From Basidiobolus meristosporus CBS 931.73 (Eukaryota; Fungi; Basidiobolomycota): a stretch of DNA of 64,000 nt. Positions 48,166 through 61,639 of this stretch are shown piece by piece. The position numbers were made by a program, and so were the translations under genes. Every line of letters begins with the position of its first letter. Position 1 is the first letter of the stretch. The stretch lies in NCBI GenBank assembly GCA_002104905.1, contig MCFE01000450.1, forward strand, positions 1 through 64,000. The letters run 5' to 3'. The notes beneath the pieces are model-generated. The model searched no databases, was not told the origin of the DNA, and saw nothing but the letters and a program-made list of their open reading frames with translations.

Positions 48166-49342
48166 TGCAGATGTGAATAGTCTATCTTCATTTGTTGCAA
48201 CATTTCTATATTCAGGCTTGTTTTGCTGATTATTGCTCTCTTTGAGACACCGGTCTGACGTGCGTCCTTTCCTTTTGCAGTAGTTGTAAACAGGTTGCTG
48301 TTGCCTTTTTAGAGTCTTGGGTACCTGCTTTGTTGGTTATCATTGGTTATTAAGGCATTTTCTTCTTCCTTTTTATTAGCACTTGATTTTCTTAATTCTT
48401 CATCCAGGAGCCTTCCGCATGTGTAATTTAAGGTCAAATCTTCAGTTCTGAAATCTAGGGCTGATACAAGACCCGGAAACATGTCTGTCAGGCTATTCAG
48501 GATGGTAACTATCACATCCTCATCAGTAGTTGGTACACCCACAGATTCCATCTCATCTATCAGCAGGGTAGTTCTGTTAATTAGATCTTTCATTTCTTCT
48601 CCTAGCTGCATCTTTGTAGTAAAGAATTTTTGTCTCAGATACATTTTCTTGGCAGCTGAACCTGACTGGTAGGTGACTTCTAATGCTTTCCAGGCATTAT
48701 TTGCTGTTTTTGCTCTTGAGCATTCAATTAGCAATTTGTCCCTGACATTGAGGCAAATGCACTTAAAGGCACTTTGTTCTTTCTTCTGGTCCTTTCAGGC
48801 TTCCTCTTGCATGTTTTTAGGAGGGCATTCTTCTCCCATGAAAATATCCCAAAGGCCTCTTTCTTGTAGCAGCATCTTCAGCTTCACCTTCCACACTTAA
48901 TAGTTAGATCCATCCAACTTTTCAGCAGAGGAAAAAATTCCAGTAATAGCAGTAGTAAACATTGCAGAGAGTGATAGCTTGGGGCTCATAACCTGTTCTA
49001 AGAGTTTTGTAGATATTGGAAGTGATTGGGAGAACAAGTAGATTATGTGGTTTTCACTTAATGATTTATTGAATGTAAAAGTAGTATTTTTACTTTTACC
49101 TGGTTTTGGCATTACAAACATGTAGAGTAGGTTAAGGAAGGTCCCAAGAACATGTGTGCAAAGTTTGGGGCTGTTTGGACAACTTTGAGAATTTTCATGT
49201 TTGGTGTACCTGGTATTTTGGTGAAAATATTCTAAGTAAATCCTCACAAGGAACTTGGTCAGTATTCTCTAGGATTGGAAGGTGATGATCTAAGTAACTA
49301 AGCTAGGTGAATATTTAGGTAGAAATACAAATTTTTATAACA
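48091..49342 (-). mobile_element. copia family A 5' fragment (LTR, PBS, gag, start of protease)
   Basis: LTR 48994-49342, PBS GGTTATGAGCCCC 48981-48993, gag ORF 48309-48734. Confidence 0.92.
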
Positions 49343-51503
49343 GCTTGTTCACTAGTTGGTAAGCTGCAAATGAACATTCTCTGATGATCTTAAAAGGTCC
49401 TGTCCATTGTGGCTCAAACTTCTTCCAAGTGTTGTTTCTTAGCAATACAAAGTTTTCAATTGTCAATGCTTCTGGTGATATAGTCTTATCAAATATCTAC
49501 TTCATCTTTTCTGCACTTGGAGATACTTTGGCCTGTGCCTTTTGACATCTTTGATCTAGCTGCTGGTGTCTACTTGGCTGACTGAGCTCATCCTCTAAGG
49601 TGTCTGTAAGCTTTAATTAAGCAAAATCTCCTGGAATTCTTGGCTTACATCAATACACAAAGTAAAATGACAATTTTTGGGTGGTGTTGTGTACTCAGAC
49701 TCTGTATGCTAAAAGTGCTTGGTCTATATACTCATCCCATCTACTAACAGCTCCATTTACATACTTGGTCAGCATTTTTCCAAATAATCCATTAAACTGC
49801 TCAGTTACCCCATTAGTTCTAGGGTGATATGCCAAGGTTTTTGAGTGTTTGATCTACTGCAGTTCCAGGTAAGCATCCAATATCTTTACCATAAAGTATG
49901 CTCCTCTATTGGATAGAATCTCCACAGGGCATCCAAACTTCATAAGGATCTCATGGTAGATGAAACTTGTGACTTCTTGTTCACTGGCTACAGGTACTGC
50001 TTTGGGCACTGGCCATTTGATGGCATGGTTGGTTGCCACCAGGATCCAATGGTTGCTTCTCCTAGTAGTTGGCAACTGTCCAATAAAGTCCATTAGCCAT
50101 GTTTCAAATGGTCTTACAGACTCCAAGGGAAGGAGTTCAGCAACCTTCTGAGGTTGGCCTTTGTTGAATTGGTAATATGAGATGTTTTCACTAGCTTCCC
50201 AATATCTTGTTTCATTCTGGGCCACCATGCTCTGGCTCTCACAAGGCTATAGGTTTCTTTAATTCCAAGATGTCCATATCCACTGTGTAGCTTATGTATC
50301 AAATCCAGGCAAGCAAGATAAGGGCAATGGGCAATAGGGCTTCAATCAGCAATTTGGTAGAGTGTTTCATCATGTACCACAAATTTGCTGGCTTCATCCC
50401 ATATAATCTGCTTGATCTCTTCATTGACCTCATAAGGAATGTCTTGGTCCTCCAAGTACTTTGGTAATAAGCTAAGCCAATCTGATTCATGCACCAAGCT
50501 GGGTTGTGCAACTTGTTCTAATCCTGATAAGGCATCAGCAACCATATTGTTATTCTCAGGGCAATAGACAATCTCCAAGTCATATTACTGAATGTATTCA
50601 CTCCATGTTGTCATTCTTCTGGAGGGTACCTTCTGAGTAAATATATACTTGAGTGAGGTGTAATCAGTCCTCACAGTGCACTTGACTCCTTCAATGTAGT
50701 GTCCCTAGGTCTTCAAGCAGTGTATTATTGCAAGCATCTCCCTCTCATGAGCTGGATGGTTCTGTTCTGCTGAGTTCAGTTTCTTGGACTCAAAAGCAAC
50801 TAATTAGTCCTTTCCGTCATGTTCTTGACCTAGTACTCCACCAATTGCATAGTCTGAAGTATCTGTGCACAAAGTAAACTCTTTTCTGAAGTCTGGGATT
50901 CTTAAGCTTGGCAGCTTAGCAAGTTGATTCTTGAGCATCTGAAAGGCCATCTCACAGACTATGTCCCACTTCATGGTTGTCTTTCTTGAGAATATCAGAT
51001 AAAGGGGCATTTGACTCCTTCAATATGGAATCTCCATGTCTTCAAACAGTGTATTATAGCAAGGATCTCCTTCTCATGGACTGGATAGTTTTGTTCTGCA
51101 GAGTTCAGTTTCTTGGATTCAAAGGCAACAGGGTAGTCCTTTCCCTTGTGTTCTTGGCTCAGCACTCCACCAATTGTATAATCTGAAGCATCTGTGCACA
51201 GAGTGAACTCTTTTTTGAAGTCTGGTATTCTTAAGCTTGGCAGCTTAGCAAGTTCATTCTTGAGCGTCTGGAAGGCAGTCTCACAAGCTATGTCCCACTT
51301 ATAGGTATTGTCTTTCTTGAGGATTTCAGTTAAAGGGGCTGCAATACTTGCAGAGGACTTCACAAATCTCCAATAATAGGAAACCATTCCAAGGAATGAT
51401 TTGAGCTCTCATATGCAACAGGGCTGCTTCAGATTCTTGATGACTTCAACCTTCTTGGGGTCTGAGGTCACTCTTGTGCTAGTTACTTTGTGTCCCAGGT
51501 ATT
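49343..51503 (-). pseudogene. pol: gypsy family E pol fragments (integrase and two RNase H segments joined near 51005)
   Basis: ORFs 49854-50228, 50342-50578, 50804-51010 and 50995-51387 are homologous to 30906-33614. Confidence 0.88.
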
Positions 51504-52159
51504 TGTTGCAATTTAGGAAGTGATTTGGATATAACAAACTTATCAAGATATAGTGATAATAGTTGAACTGTTGTTTATTCATAAAGAGGATCAGTATTTA
51601 TACCTTTGAAGAAGTAATACAGCTGCAACACTAAGTAAGGAGGGTTTCTCAACATTCAGGAGCATTCTCTAAGAGTTTCAGGGTTAGTACATAATGTTTG
51701 GTAAAAAGTGTTAATTTGTTCATCACTATAGGGGAATAATCATAGGATCATAGATTTGAAGAATCTGGCAAAGTTGGGGCTGCAGATAAGTCATACAGTG
51801 ACCAAGACTAGTCTAGAATTGGTAAGTAAATTTTTAGCTGCTGAATGATACCAAATAGTCCAGTATTTCATCACTTCCCCTCAACTAAATAATTTCTTAA
51901 TCCTAATTCCTCTCTGAGATTCTCATATTGTGGTCCAGCTAGTGATTTTGTCAATATATCTGCCACCATTTTGTCAGTTGGACAATAAACTAACTCTACT
52001 AAGTTATTTTCTACAGCTTCCCTCACAAAGTGGTGTTGTATATCTATGTGCTTAGTTCTGGCATGATTAGTAGGATTCCTAGCTAATGCAATACAACTTT
52101 GATTATCTTTGTAAGTACATGTTGGCTCATCTGAGTTTATTTGCATAGCTATATAGCCT
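51504..52159 (-). mobile_element. copia family D 3' fragment (RNase H end, PPT, 3' LTR)
   Basis: LTR 51504-51873, PPT GAGGGGAAG, ORF 51871-52146 ([15 protein letters not shown]). Confidence 0.9.
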
Positions 52160-52835
52160 GTTGCAAGAGGTTGTAAATAGGACCAAAAGGTGGGGTTTTT
52201 CCTTCTTCAAGGTCAATGGGACAATCATAGGGTCTATGGGCTGGGAGTAGTTTGGCTTTCTTCTTGTCAAAGACATGGGCAAACTCTTGATACTTGGCAG
52301 GTATTCCATTGGAGGGGGTTCCTTCAGTGATGATGGGCTGCTTGATCTGGTGTAGCTTAGGAAAGGATGCTTCTTTACCTGAAAAATCAGGTGGTTTCAT
52401 GGAGTTGACATGGTGGATTCTGGGGAATGTCACAATTTTGGTTTTCCAGTTGATAGCTGGGTTATGGTGATCAAGCCATGAGCTTCCAAGGACTATGGAG
52501 TAGTGGGGAGAGTTGATGATGTTGAAGGCTAGTGTCTTGCGGTGACTGGTGCTGGACAGCTGGAGTAGACATGTCTCATGGGTAACAGCACCAGAAGAGA
52601 GGGACCTTCCATCAATAACTTCTACTTGGACAGGACAGGATTTCAGGACAGTGGGGATTTTGTGCTTCTGGACAAATGACTGGTCAATGAAACTGGAGGA
52701 AGCACCAGAATCTATGAGGGCAAGAACACAGAGAGGGCTGGATTCAGGGAGGTGGATGTTGACAGGCATTCTTAAGGACTGGATGGACTTGGTAGCATAT
52801 GTTGTTTCTTGAATTTGCTGGATTTTCATTGGAGG

Positions 52836-52880
52836 GTCCAGTTGCAAGCCTATCATTGCAACTGGACATTGGAGTTTCCC
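52836..52880 (-). promoter_or_regulatory. -1 programmed ribosomal frameshift signal (gag to pol)
   Basis: Heptamer G GGA AAC (52880-52874), 6-nt spacer, perfect 12-bp stem GTCCAGTTGCAA/TTGCAACTGGAC with 8-nt loop; the -1 frame is the protease ORF. Confidence 0.85.
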
Positions 52881-53566
52881 AATAATTCAGGAGAAGATTG
52901 TTCACAGGATGTTTGCTGGAGCTTGAAGCTGGACTTCTTGTTAGAACAAGACTTGGCAAAGTGGCCTGGCTGGCCACAGTAAAGGCAGAGGTTTGCCTGT
53001 TGATGTCTAGATCTTTCTTTTTTTGTGAGTTTCTTATATTTAGCACTGTCAATTTGCATAGGATCATCAGGCTTAGTATTGGGTGACTGGATTACTGGGA
53101 AGGTGGTTGGCTGATAGGTATGTTGGAATTTCTGTTTCTTCTGGAAAAGACAATTTGCACATTGGATTGCTTGATGAATAGCTTCACCTAAGGTGGTTGG
53201 GTCAGGGAGAGTGAGAAGTGGGTCACTAACTTCATCATTGAGCCCATCTGGAAATTGACTAATTAGGGCAGTGTCCCCCCCCAAAGGCTCAAATCACTGG
53301 CTAGTAGTTGGAATTCAGAAGCATACATGGATGCAGTTCTGTTTCCTTGCTTCAAGTACTTGATCTTGTTAGCAGCAGTCCTGCCTTGATCAATGTTGCC
53401 AATTGTTAGCTCCATTTCTGTGAGGAAGGCATGGTAGTTGCTGAGTAGAGGGGAGTTAGTTTCCACCAAAGGGGAGAACCATTTCTGGGCAGTTCCAGTC
53501 AGCAGGTTAGAGATATAACCAACTTTTGCTTGATCTGTTGGGGACCAATTGGGTTGTAGTGACTAG

Positions 53567-54086
53567 TGTTATGAATAGACACAAGGTAGGAGGAAAAGCT
53601 AGGCACAGCAGGAAAGGACTTAGGTGTGGACCATCAAGGCAAGGCAGGATTCAAGGCAAGGCTGTTTATTCAAGACCTGTGTTTATCAGACTGGGGAATA
53701 CTTAAGGGGGGATAGGACTATATAAACTTTTTGGTTATACTGATGCCAAGAGATATTGGCTAATACTAATGGGGTTGTGGGGTGAGGCACAGCAATGTGC
53801 TGGGGATAATAATATAGAAGGCAAGGCACTGAGACAGGATGGGAAAATGGATTGGGTCACCTGATCATGTGACTAAGTCATGTGACCTGGTATTTTCATA
53901 TATGGTACTGGACTATGAAAAATACAATGGGAAGCTTCCATGGAATGTTCCATTGTGTAACAAGGGTTTGGAATGGTCAGGAACTTTCTGGAAGGTGGTA
54001 GAAGGTCCCAGAAGGAATCTCTTAGAAATTGAGCTTGGAAGCTGAAACTTGGCATGGGTGTTCATGGTTGTCATGTGATCATGGCA
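53567..54086 (-). repeat. solo LTR of family F inside family F gag (520 bp)
   Basis: Homologous to 54732-55295; perfect TSD ACTAG at 53562-53566 and 54087-54091. Confidence 0.93.
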
Positions 54087-54717
54087 ACTAGTGGTGTTGC
54101 ACTATGTAGATGAAACCTTGGAATTCATTCTGGGAGCCACTGAACTTGGTAGTGGAAGTGATCTTGGGATCATGGTAGGAGGGAGCCTGGATAGGCTGTT
54201 GAGCATTTTGGCTCTGGAGCTGAGCAACAGAGTTTCTGAGGTCTGTATTGTCTAGTTGCAGCTGCGCAAAGGCAGCCATGAGACTTGCAAAGTTATACAC
54301 TGGGCTGGACATGTCACAGTAGCAGGGGGTGGAGAAGTCACTTGGACTTGTTCAGGAATACTGGATATTGCTTGCTAACTTGTGGGTTATAAAGCCACTA
54401 GTTTGTTAAGAATACAATTATTGAGCCACAATCCCCAACTTTGAATAAGTTAGCATCACTTCAGAAGGTACTGGCTTTAATGTCCTTTGATAGAGTATTG
54501 TACTAAGGCTTCCAATACTGTAACAACTGTAAGCTACACCAGCAGGGTAATACGGTAAATGCAGCTTTGGCCAATAATCTTACAAAGATAAAGTATCTTT
54601 GCCTTTAGAGGACAAGACTAGGGAAAGATTTAGGGTGATACTTATGGTAGGTATTCCTTTACAAGTTCTTCTCAAGAACTTTGGGTACAAGGCAGAGATC
54701 CACAGGTAAGTCAGGAG

Positions 54718-54729
54718 CAGTCTGATAAA
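54718..54729 (-). promoter_or_regulatory. self-priming-type PBS of family F
   Basis: Sense TTTATCAGACTG 2 nt after the LTR is exactly complementary to LTR sense CAGTCTGATAAA (54891-54902), which lies 25 nt downstream of TATATATA (54928-54935); no TGG tRNA PBS. Confidence 0.8.
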
Positions 54730-55369
54730 GCTGTTATGAATAGACACAAGGCAGGAGAGTAGGGCTAGGCAAGACAGGACCAGGAAAGGACTTAGGTGTG
54801 GATCAACAAGGAATGGCATGTTTCCAGGGCAAGGTGTGTTTCCAAGTCAAGGCAGATTTCCAAGGCAAGCCTGTTAATTTAAGACCTGTGTTTATCAGAC
54901 TGAGGAATACATAAGGGGGGAAAGGACTATATATACTTTCTTGCAATATAGATGCCAAGAGATATTGGCTAATAATGATGGGGTTCTGGGGTCAAGCACA
55001 GTAAGTGTGCCAAGATAGAATATACTAAAGAACAGACTGGAATATCACGTGGAGATATGTCAGTGGTCAGATGATCATGTGACTAGGTCATGTGACATGT
55101 AGATACCTTATATGGCATGGGACTACATTAGTTCTAATGGGAAACTTCCACAGAATGTTCCATTGTGTAACGTTGACTTGGAGCTTTCAAGAAGTTGCTA
55201 GAATGTAGTAGAACTTTCTATATGGAACTGGGATTTCTTCACTGACTAGATTTGGCTAGATAATTGGAGACCAGGGATGTCATGTGATCATGACAGTAGT
55301 AGTAGGTAAGCAAGTAAAGTGGGGTGAATCTAAAGCTGATTATATGAATTGTGCAAGGGGAGGTAGAAA

Positions 55370-56372
55370 AGGAAATACTATTTGGTAAATTGGTACAGTA
55401 GAATTACATAGAACTAGCTGTAGGCCACCATACAGCTGTTATAATGCCATCAGAGGCTTGCAATGAGGCTATCAGAACACCATCCAGTCTCCTGCCATAT
55501 AAGGCAATTGGATATACTAGCCAGTTAGATGCACTCAAATAGTTGTAGAGCTCACAAAGACCACAACAATGCCATACCACCCTTGGCAAAACACCACCCA
55601 AACACTGTTTTGTTTTTTGACTTTATTTGGTGGCAAAATTAGCCAAATGCTGTTGTGATCCCATCATAAGATTGTGTAGAGGGTCATTAATTCCAAGCTG
55701 CTGGTATTATAATGGCATCCTGCCAGGACCTTGATGGCTTATCTGAATTGGATCCACCTACAAAACCAAAATATTTTTCACAGGGTGGGTTTGGCACAAT
55801 AAGCAACTAATTTTTATGTGGACAACCTGACCAAAGTAGTCTGGGTTTCTCCTAGTCACATGCCAATTTCTACACAACTCAATATGGAATTCACACAAAC
55901 AAGAGCCGGAATGCACCTATCAGGGGGACTAGAATCTAGCAGGGAGAAGGAATATATTGGCTAATACCATTTGGTCTATTGGTACAGTGGTGTTTTACAT
56001 AACTATCTGTAGGCCACTCTACTGCCATAATAATGCCTGCAGGGTTAGTAATGAGGTCACTGGAATACCATCAAGTTTCTTGCCATATTAGGCAATTGGA
56101 TGTATTGGCCATCTAGGTCTGCTCAGGTGAATAAAGAGTGCATTAAAACTGCTAGAATTCCAGGCAATACTTGTCTTAAGACTACCTTACCATCTTCAAG
56201 TTTCTTACTTTATTTGGTAGTAAAATTAGTAAAACACCATGACAATCCCATCATAAGATTGTATGGAGGATCAGTAATTCCAAGCTGCTGGCACTGTGAC
56301 AGACTCCTTATTGGATCCCAATGGCTAGTTCAGATTGGATCCACCCATGGAACCAAGTTATTTTTCATAGGG
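55370..56372 (+). repeat. two diverged tandem units (587-bp period), each ending in the CACTA-like 13-bp terminal motif
   Basis: ATTTTTCACAGGG 55773-55785 and ATTTTTCATAGGG 56360-56372; the latter is the exact reverse complement of 8781-8793. Confidence 0.6.
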
Positions 56373-56431
56373 TTACTTTTACATAGTCATAGCAAAACAA
56401 ACATGTGAAATATATATAGAAAGGTCTAAAG

Positions 56432-59400
56432 TGCTGTAAAAATTTGTATTTCCACCTAAATACTCACCTACCTTAGTCACTTAGATCATTACCTTCAAAT
56501 CCTAAAAAATACTGACCAAATTCCTTGTTGGGATTTACTTAGAATATTTTCCCCAAAATACCAGGTACCCAGAACATGGAAATTCTCAAAGCTGTCTAAA
56601 CAGCCCCAAACTTTGCACACATGTTCTTGGGACCTTCCTCAACCTACTCTACATGTTTATAATGCCAAGACTACGTAATAGTATCAATACTACTTTTACA
56701 TTCAATAAGTCATTGAGTGAAAACCACATAATCTTCTTGTTCTCCAAATCACTTCCAATATCTCCAAGACTCCTACAACAAGTACTGACCAAATTCCTTG
56801 TTGGGACTTACTTAGAATATTCACCCAGAACATGAAAATTAGATAAGTTGTCCAAACAGCCCCAAACTTTGCACACATGTTCTTGGGACCTTCCTTTACC
56901 TATTCTATGTGTTTGTTATGTCAAGATCATGTAAAACTATAAATACTATTTTTACATTCAATATATCATTAAGTGAAAACCACATAACTTACTTGTCCTC
57001 CCAATCACTTCCAATATCTCCAAGACTCTTACAACAGGTTACAAGCCCCAAGCTCTCACTCTCTGCAATGTCTACTACTGATATTACTGGAATTTTTCTC
57101 TCTACTGAAAAGTAGGATTGATCTAACAACCAAGTGTCAAAGGTGAAGTTGAAGATGCTATTACAAGAAAGAGGCCTTTGAGATATTGTCATGGGAGAAG
57201 AATGCCCTCCTAAAAATGTGGGAGAGGAAGCCTTAAAGTACCAGAAGAAAGAACAAAGTACCTTTAAGAGCATTTGCCTTAATGTTATGGACAAATTGCT
57301 AATTCAATACTCAAGAGCAAAATTTACTACAAAGATGCAGCCAGGAGAAGAAATGAAAAATCTAATTAACAGAACTACCCTGCTGGTAGATGAGATGGGA
57401 TTTGTGGGTGTACCAACTACTGATGAGGATGTGATAGTTACCATCCTGAATAGCCTGACAGACAAGTTTCAGGGCCTTGTATCAGCCCTAGAGTCCAGAA
57501 CTGAAGATTTGACCTTAAACTACATATATGGAAGGCTCTTGGATGAAGAATTAAGAAAATCAAGTGCCAATAAGAAGAAAGAAGAAAATGCTTTAATAAC
57601 CAGTGGTAACCAACAAAGGAGGTACCCAAGACCCCACAAAGGCAACAGCAACCTGTTTTGCAACTACTGCAAAATGAAAGGACACACATCAGACTGGTGT
57701 TTCAATAAGAGAGATATTCGGCAAAAGAAGCCTGAATATGGAAATGCTGCAACAACTGAAGATAGACTATTCATATCTGCACTAAATATGACCACAAACA
57801 AGGATCCTCAGATATGGTATATTGACTCTGGAGCATCTCAGTGCTTTACACGCCAAAAAGAACCTTTTACCCAATATCAAGAAATTCCAATCAAGAAGGT
57901 TTTCATGGCTGACTATAGAACACTTGATGCATTGGGAGAAGGAACTATCCAAGTAAACCTTAGAATCAGGGAAGGAAGCTATATGCTGACCTTTAAATAA
58001 GTACTGTATGTATCAGAAATAGCCAAGAACCTACTATCTGTAAGCAAGACCACAGCAGAAGGACTCAGTTTCAACTTTGACAATTCTGGATGCAGGATCA
58101 CTGATAAAATGGTGTCCATATTGCTTTGGGTGTCAGAGATCAGAATCTACACAAGTTGACTTATGTTCCATCATATTTGGAAGCCAATATAAGTAACTTA
58201 AATGAAGAAACACCAATGCTTTGGCACAGGAGATTTGGGCACATTAACTTTGATTATTTGCACAAATTGATCAAGGATCAGCTAATTTCTGGAGTAAAAA
58301 TTGATCCCCCAGCTAATTTGGAGCACTGTGAAGCCTGCATATATGGGAAACAAGCCAGACAACTGTTCAAGAGCTCTGGGTGAATCTAAACTAAGAAAAA
58401 GTTAGATCTAGCTCACTCAGATCTGTGCGGACCTATGCAAAATTTATCCTTAGGTGGGATGAAGGATTTAATCACTTTTATTGATGATTATACAAGATGC
58501 ACGTGGGTCTACTTCATGGAGAGAAAGGAAGAAGCTCTGTCTAAGTTTGGGCAGTTTAAAGCCATGGTGGAGAGAGAAACTGGTGAAAAAATCAAGAAAA
58601 TACGCTCTGACAATGGTGGAGAATATACCTCAAAACTCTTCATACACTTCTGCAAAATTCATGGGATAATGCAAGAGACTACTGTACCATACTCCCCACA
58701 GCAAAATGGAGTAGCAGTATGTGCTAACAGATCAATAATTGACATGGCAAGATCTTTGATCCATGATCAAAATTTATCTTATGATATTTGGGTGGAATCA
58801 GTTGCTGCAGCTGTATACCTTAAAGATAGGAGTTATAATAGGACACTTTGTGATTCTACTCCATCTGAAGCATGGTATGGCTTCAGACCAAGTGCAGAAC
58901 ATCTAAGAATATTTGGGTGTACAGCATATGCCAAAAAACTGCCCAGAAATCAGTCAAAAATTGGACCAAAAAGTGTAAAATGCATATTTTTGGGTTACTG
59001 CAATGAGAGTAAAGCATAAAGACTCTACAATACCAAAGCAAAGAAGCTGACAAGTCCAGGGATGTGTTATTTGACAAAAATTCAAAATTTTCACAAAAAA
59101 TGACATCAGATGATGACAAAAATCTGATCTCAAGTCCACCAATTGTCAGGATTGAGTCGGAACAAGACAATGAAATTTTTTCACTCCAAAGGACACTTCA
59201 ACCATGGTTTAGCCAGAATCAGTGCCCAGGAATATCCAAGAAGTGATCATTCCAGTATCAAATGCCAGGAGATCCAATTGGACAAGAAATAGTCCATATT
59301 ACTATATCAATGAGGGTACAAACTTAGCCTATGCCTATTCAGTCCATATTGATGAACCCCAGACTGTAAAAGAGGCCCTAAATAGCCCTCAGACAAAGTT

Positions 59401-61639
59401 TTGGAGATCTGCAATGGCTGAGGAATATCAGGCCCTGATGGAAAATCAAACTTGGGACTTAGTCAAATTACCAATCAACCAAAAATCAATAGGATGCAGA
59501 TGGGTCTTCAAGACAAAATACAATGCTGATGGTACAATTGAAAGATACAAAGCAAGACTTGTAGCCAAAGGATACTCTCAAACAAAAGGACTTGATTATA
59601 CTGAGACCTTTGCACCGGTAGCAAAGTTCAATTCCATCAGATTAATATTTGCTATTGCAGCCAAATATAAGTTTTCTATTCATCAAATGGATGTAAAAAC
59701 TGCATTTTTGAATGAAGAACTTGATGAGGACATGTATATGGACCAGCCTGATGAGTTTGTTGACCAAGCTAACCCCCATTTGGTCTGCAAGCTTAAAAAG
59801 TCACTATATGGTCTCAAACAATCACCAAGTGCCTGGAATTGCAAGATAGATTCTTATTTAGAATCTCTGAGTTTCAAAAGAAGTTATGATGACTATAGTA
59901 TATACTATAAGCCAGATAGAGCAAATCCAGCTCTATTAGCTCTATATGTGGATGATCTTATTATTGTTGTAAGAGTCTTGGAGATATTGGAAGTGATTTG
60001 GAGAACAAGTAGATTATGTGGTTTTCACTTAATGATTTATTGAATGTAAAAGTGGTATTTATACTTTTACCTGGTCTTGGCATTACAAACACGTAGAATA
60101 GGTTAAGGAAGGTCCCAAGAACATGTGTGCAAAGTTAGGGGCTGTTTGGACAACTTTGAGAATTTTCATGTTCTGGGTACCTGGTATTTTGGTGAAAATA
60201 TTCTAAGTAAATCCCGACAAGGAATTTGGTCAGTATTCTCTAGGATTTGAAGGTGATGATCTAAGTGACTAAGTTAGGTGAATATTTAGGTGGAAATACA
60301 AATTCTTACAACAATTATAGCCACCAATAACCTAGCAACATTGGAAGAGACTAAATACAGCATATCTAAAGAGTTCAAGATGTCCAATCTAGAAGAACTC
60401 AGATACTACTTAGGGATTAAGTTCTCCATAGACAGAGGTACCCAGACTATTACCCTAAGCCAATCCAAGTATATTTAAGATTTACTAAAGAAGTACCAAA
60501 TGGAAGACTGTTAACTGGCAGCTACCCCAATGGAGACAAACCTTAACTTGGTCAAAACTCAACCAAATCAAGAGAGCTTGGTGCCATCTGAAAGCCCTGA
60601 CTTTCCTTATCAATCTATGGTCAGCAGTCTGATGTACATCATGGTTGGAACATGTCCAGATATCTCATATTCAGTGGGAGTTGTCAGCCAACATAATCAG
60701 AACTGTGGATTTGATCATATTGCAGCAGTTAAGCGGATTTTTAGATACCTAAAAGGAACTGCTGATATCTGCTTAAGATACACTTAGAAGGATTCAGAAC
60801 AGGATCTTGTGGGATACTCTGATGCTGATTGGGGACAAAATTTAGAAGACAGAAGATCCACCACAGGATACACCTTTCTTTACTGTAAAGGAGCCATTTC
60901 ATGGAATTCAAGAAAGCAACCAACCGTAGCACTTTCTACTACAGAGGCAGAGTATATGGCAGCCTGTGAAGCTACAAAAGAAGCAATGTGGTTAAGAAAG
61001 CTCTTTGCAGATTTAGGCCTATGTCAAAAAACACCTATTACTTTATTTCAAGATAATCAAGGATGTATACAACTAGGTAGAAATCCAACTTTTCATGCTA
61101 GAACCAAGCACATAGATATTAGACATCATTTCATACGTGAAGCTATAGAGAATAACTTAGTTAGCTTAGTTTACTGTTCTACAGATGAAATGATTGCAGA
61201 CATATTTACCAAACCATTAGCTAGAGACAAGTTTGAATATCTTAGGTCAAAATTAGGACTAGTCAGTATGAACATTTAGCTGAGTGGGAGTGTTGTAAAA
61301 ATTCGTATTTCCACCTAAATATTCACCTAACTTAGTCACTTAGATCATTTCCCTCAAATTCTAGAGAATACTGACCAAATTCCTTGTCGGGATTTACTTA
61401 GAATATTTTCACCAAAATACCAGGTACCCAGAACATGAAAATTCTCAAAGTTGTCCAAACAGCCCCAAACTTTGCACACATGTTCTTGGGACCTTCCTTA
61501 ACCTATTCTACGTGTTTGTAATGCCAAGACCAGGTAAAAGTATAAATACCACTTTTACATTCAATAAATCATTAAGTGAAAACCACATAATCTACTTGTT
61601 CTCCAAATCACTTCCAATATCTCCAAGACTCTTACAGCA
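56432..61639 (+). mobile_element. copia family A copy A2, full length, decayed
   Basis: LTR 56432-56780 plus partial LTR to 57036, PBS GGTTACAAGCCCC, gag/PR 57191-58000, integrase 58435-59019, RT 59222-59964 and 60314-60787, RNase H 60809-61279, PPT 61281-61290, 3' LTR 61291-61639. Confidence 0.95.
59965..60313 (-). repeat. solo LTR of family A inserted antisense into A2 RT
   Basis: 349 bp; perfect TSD ATTAT at 59960-59964 and 60314-60318, just after the YVDD codons. Confidence 0.96.

Larger units (their letters stand above)
52160..55295 (-). mobile_element. Ty3/gypsy family F (Tf1/sushi-like), 5' part, truncated at the start of RT
   Basis: 5' LTR 54732-55295, gag pieces 54088-54312, 53263-53469 and 52853-53284 (CLYCGQPGHFAKSC), protease ORF 52149-52856 (LALIDSGASSSFID; LPAHRPYDCPIDL). 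Confidence 0.9.

Noticed and set aside
56255-56290. Minus-strand peptide GITDPPYNL resembling the DPPY motif of amino-methyltransferases
   Set aside because: The paralogous unit reads NDPLHNL, the frame has several stops, there is no FxGxG motif, and it lies about 90 bp from a transposon-like terminus. A match to the CACTA DPMHNL motif is equally unsupported.
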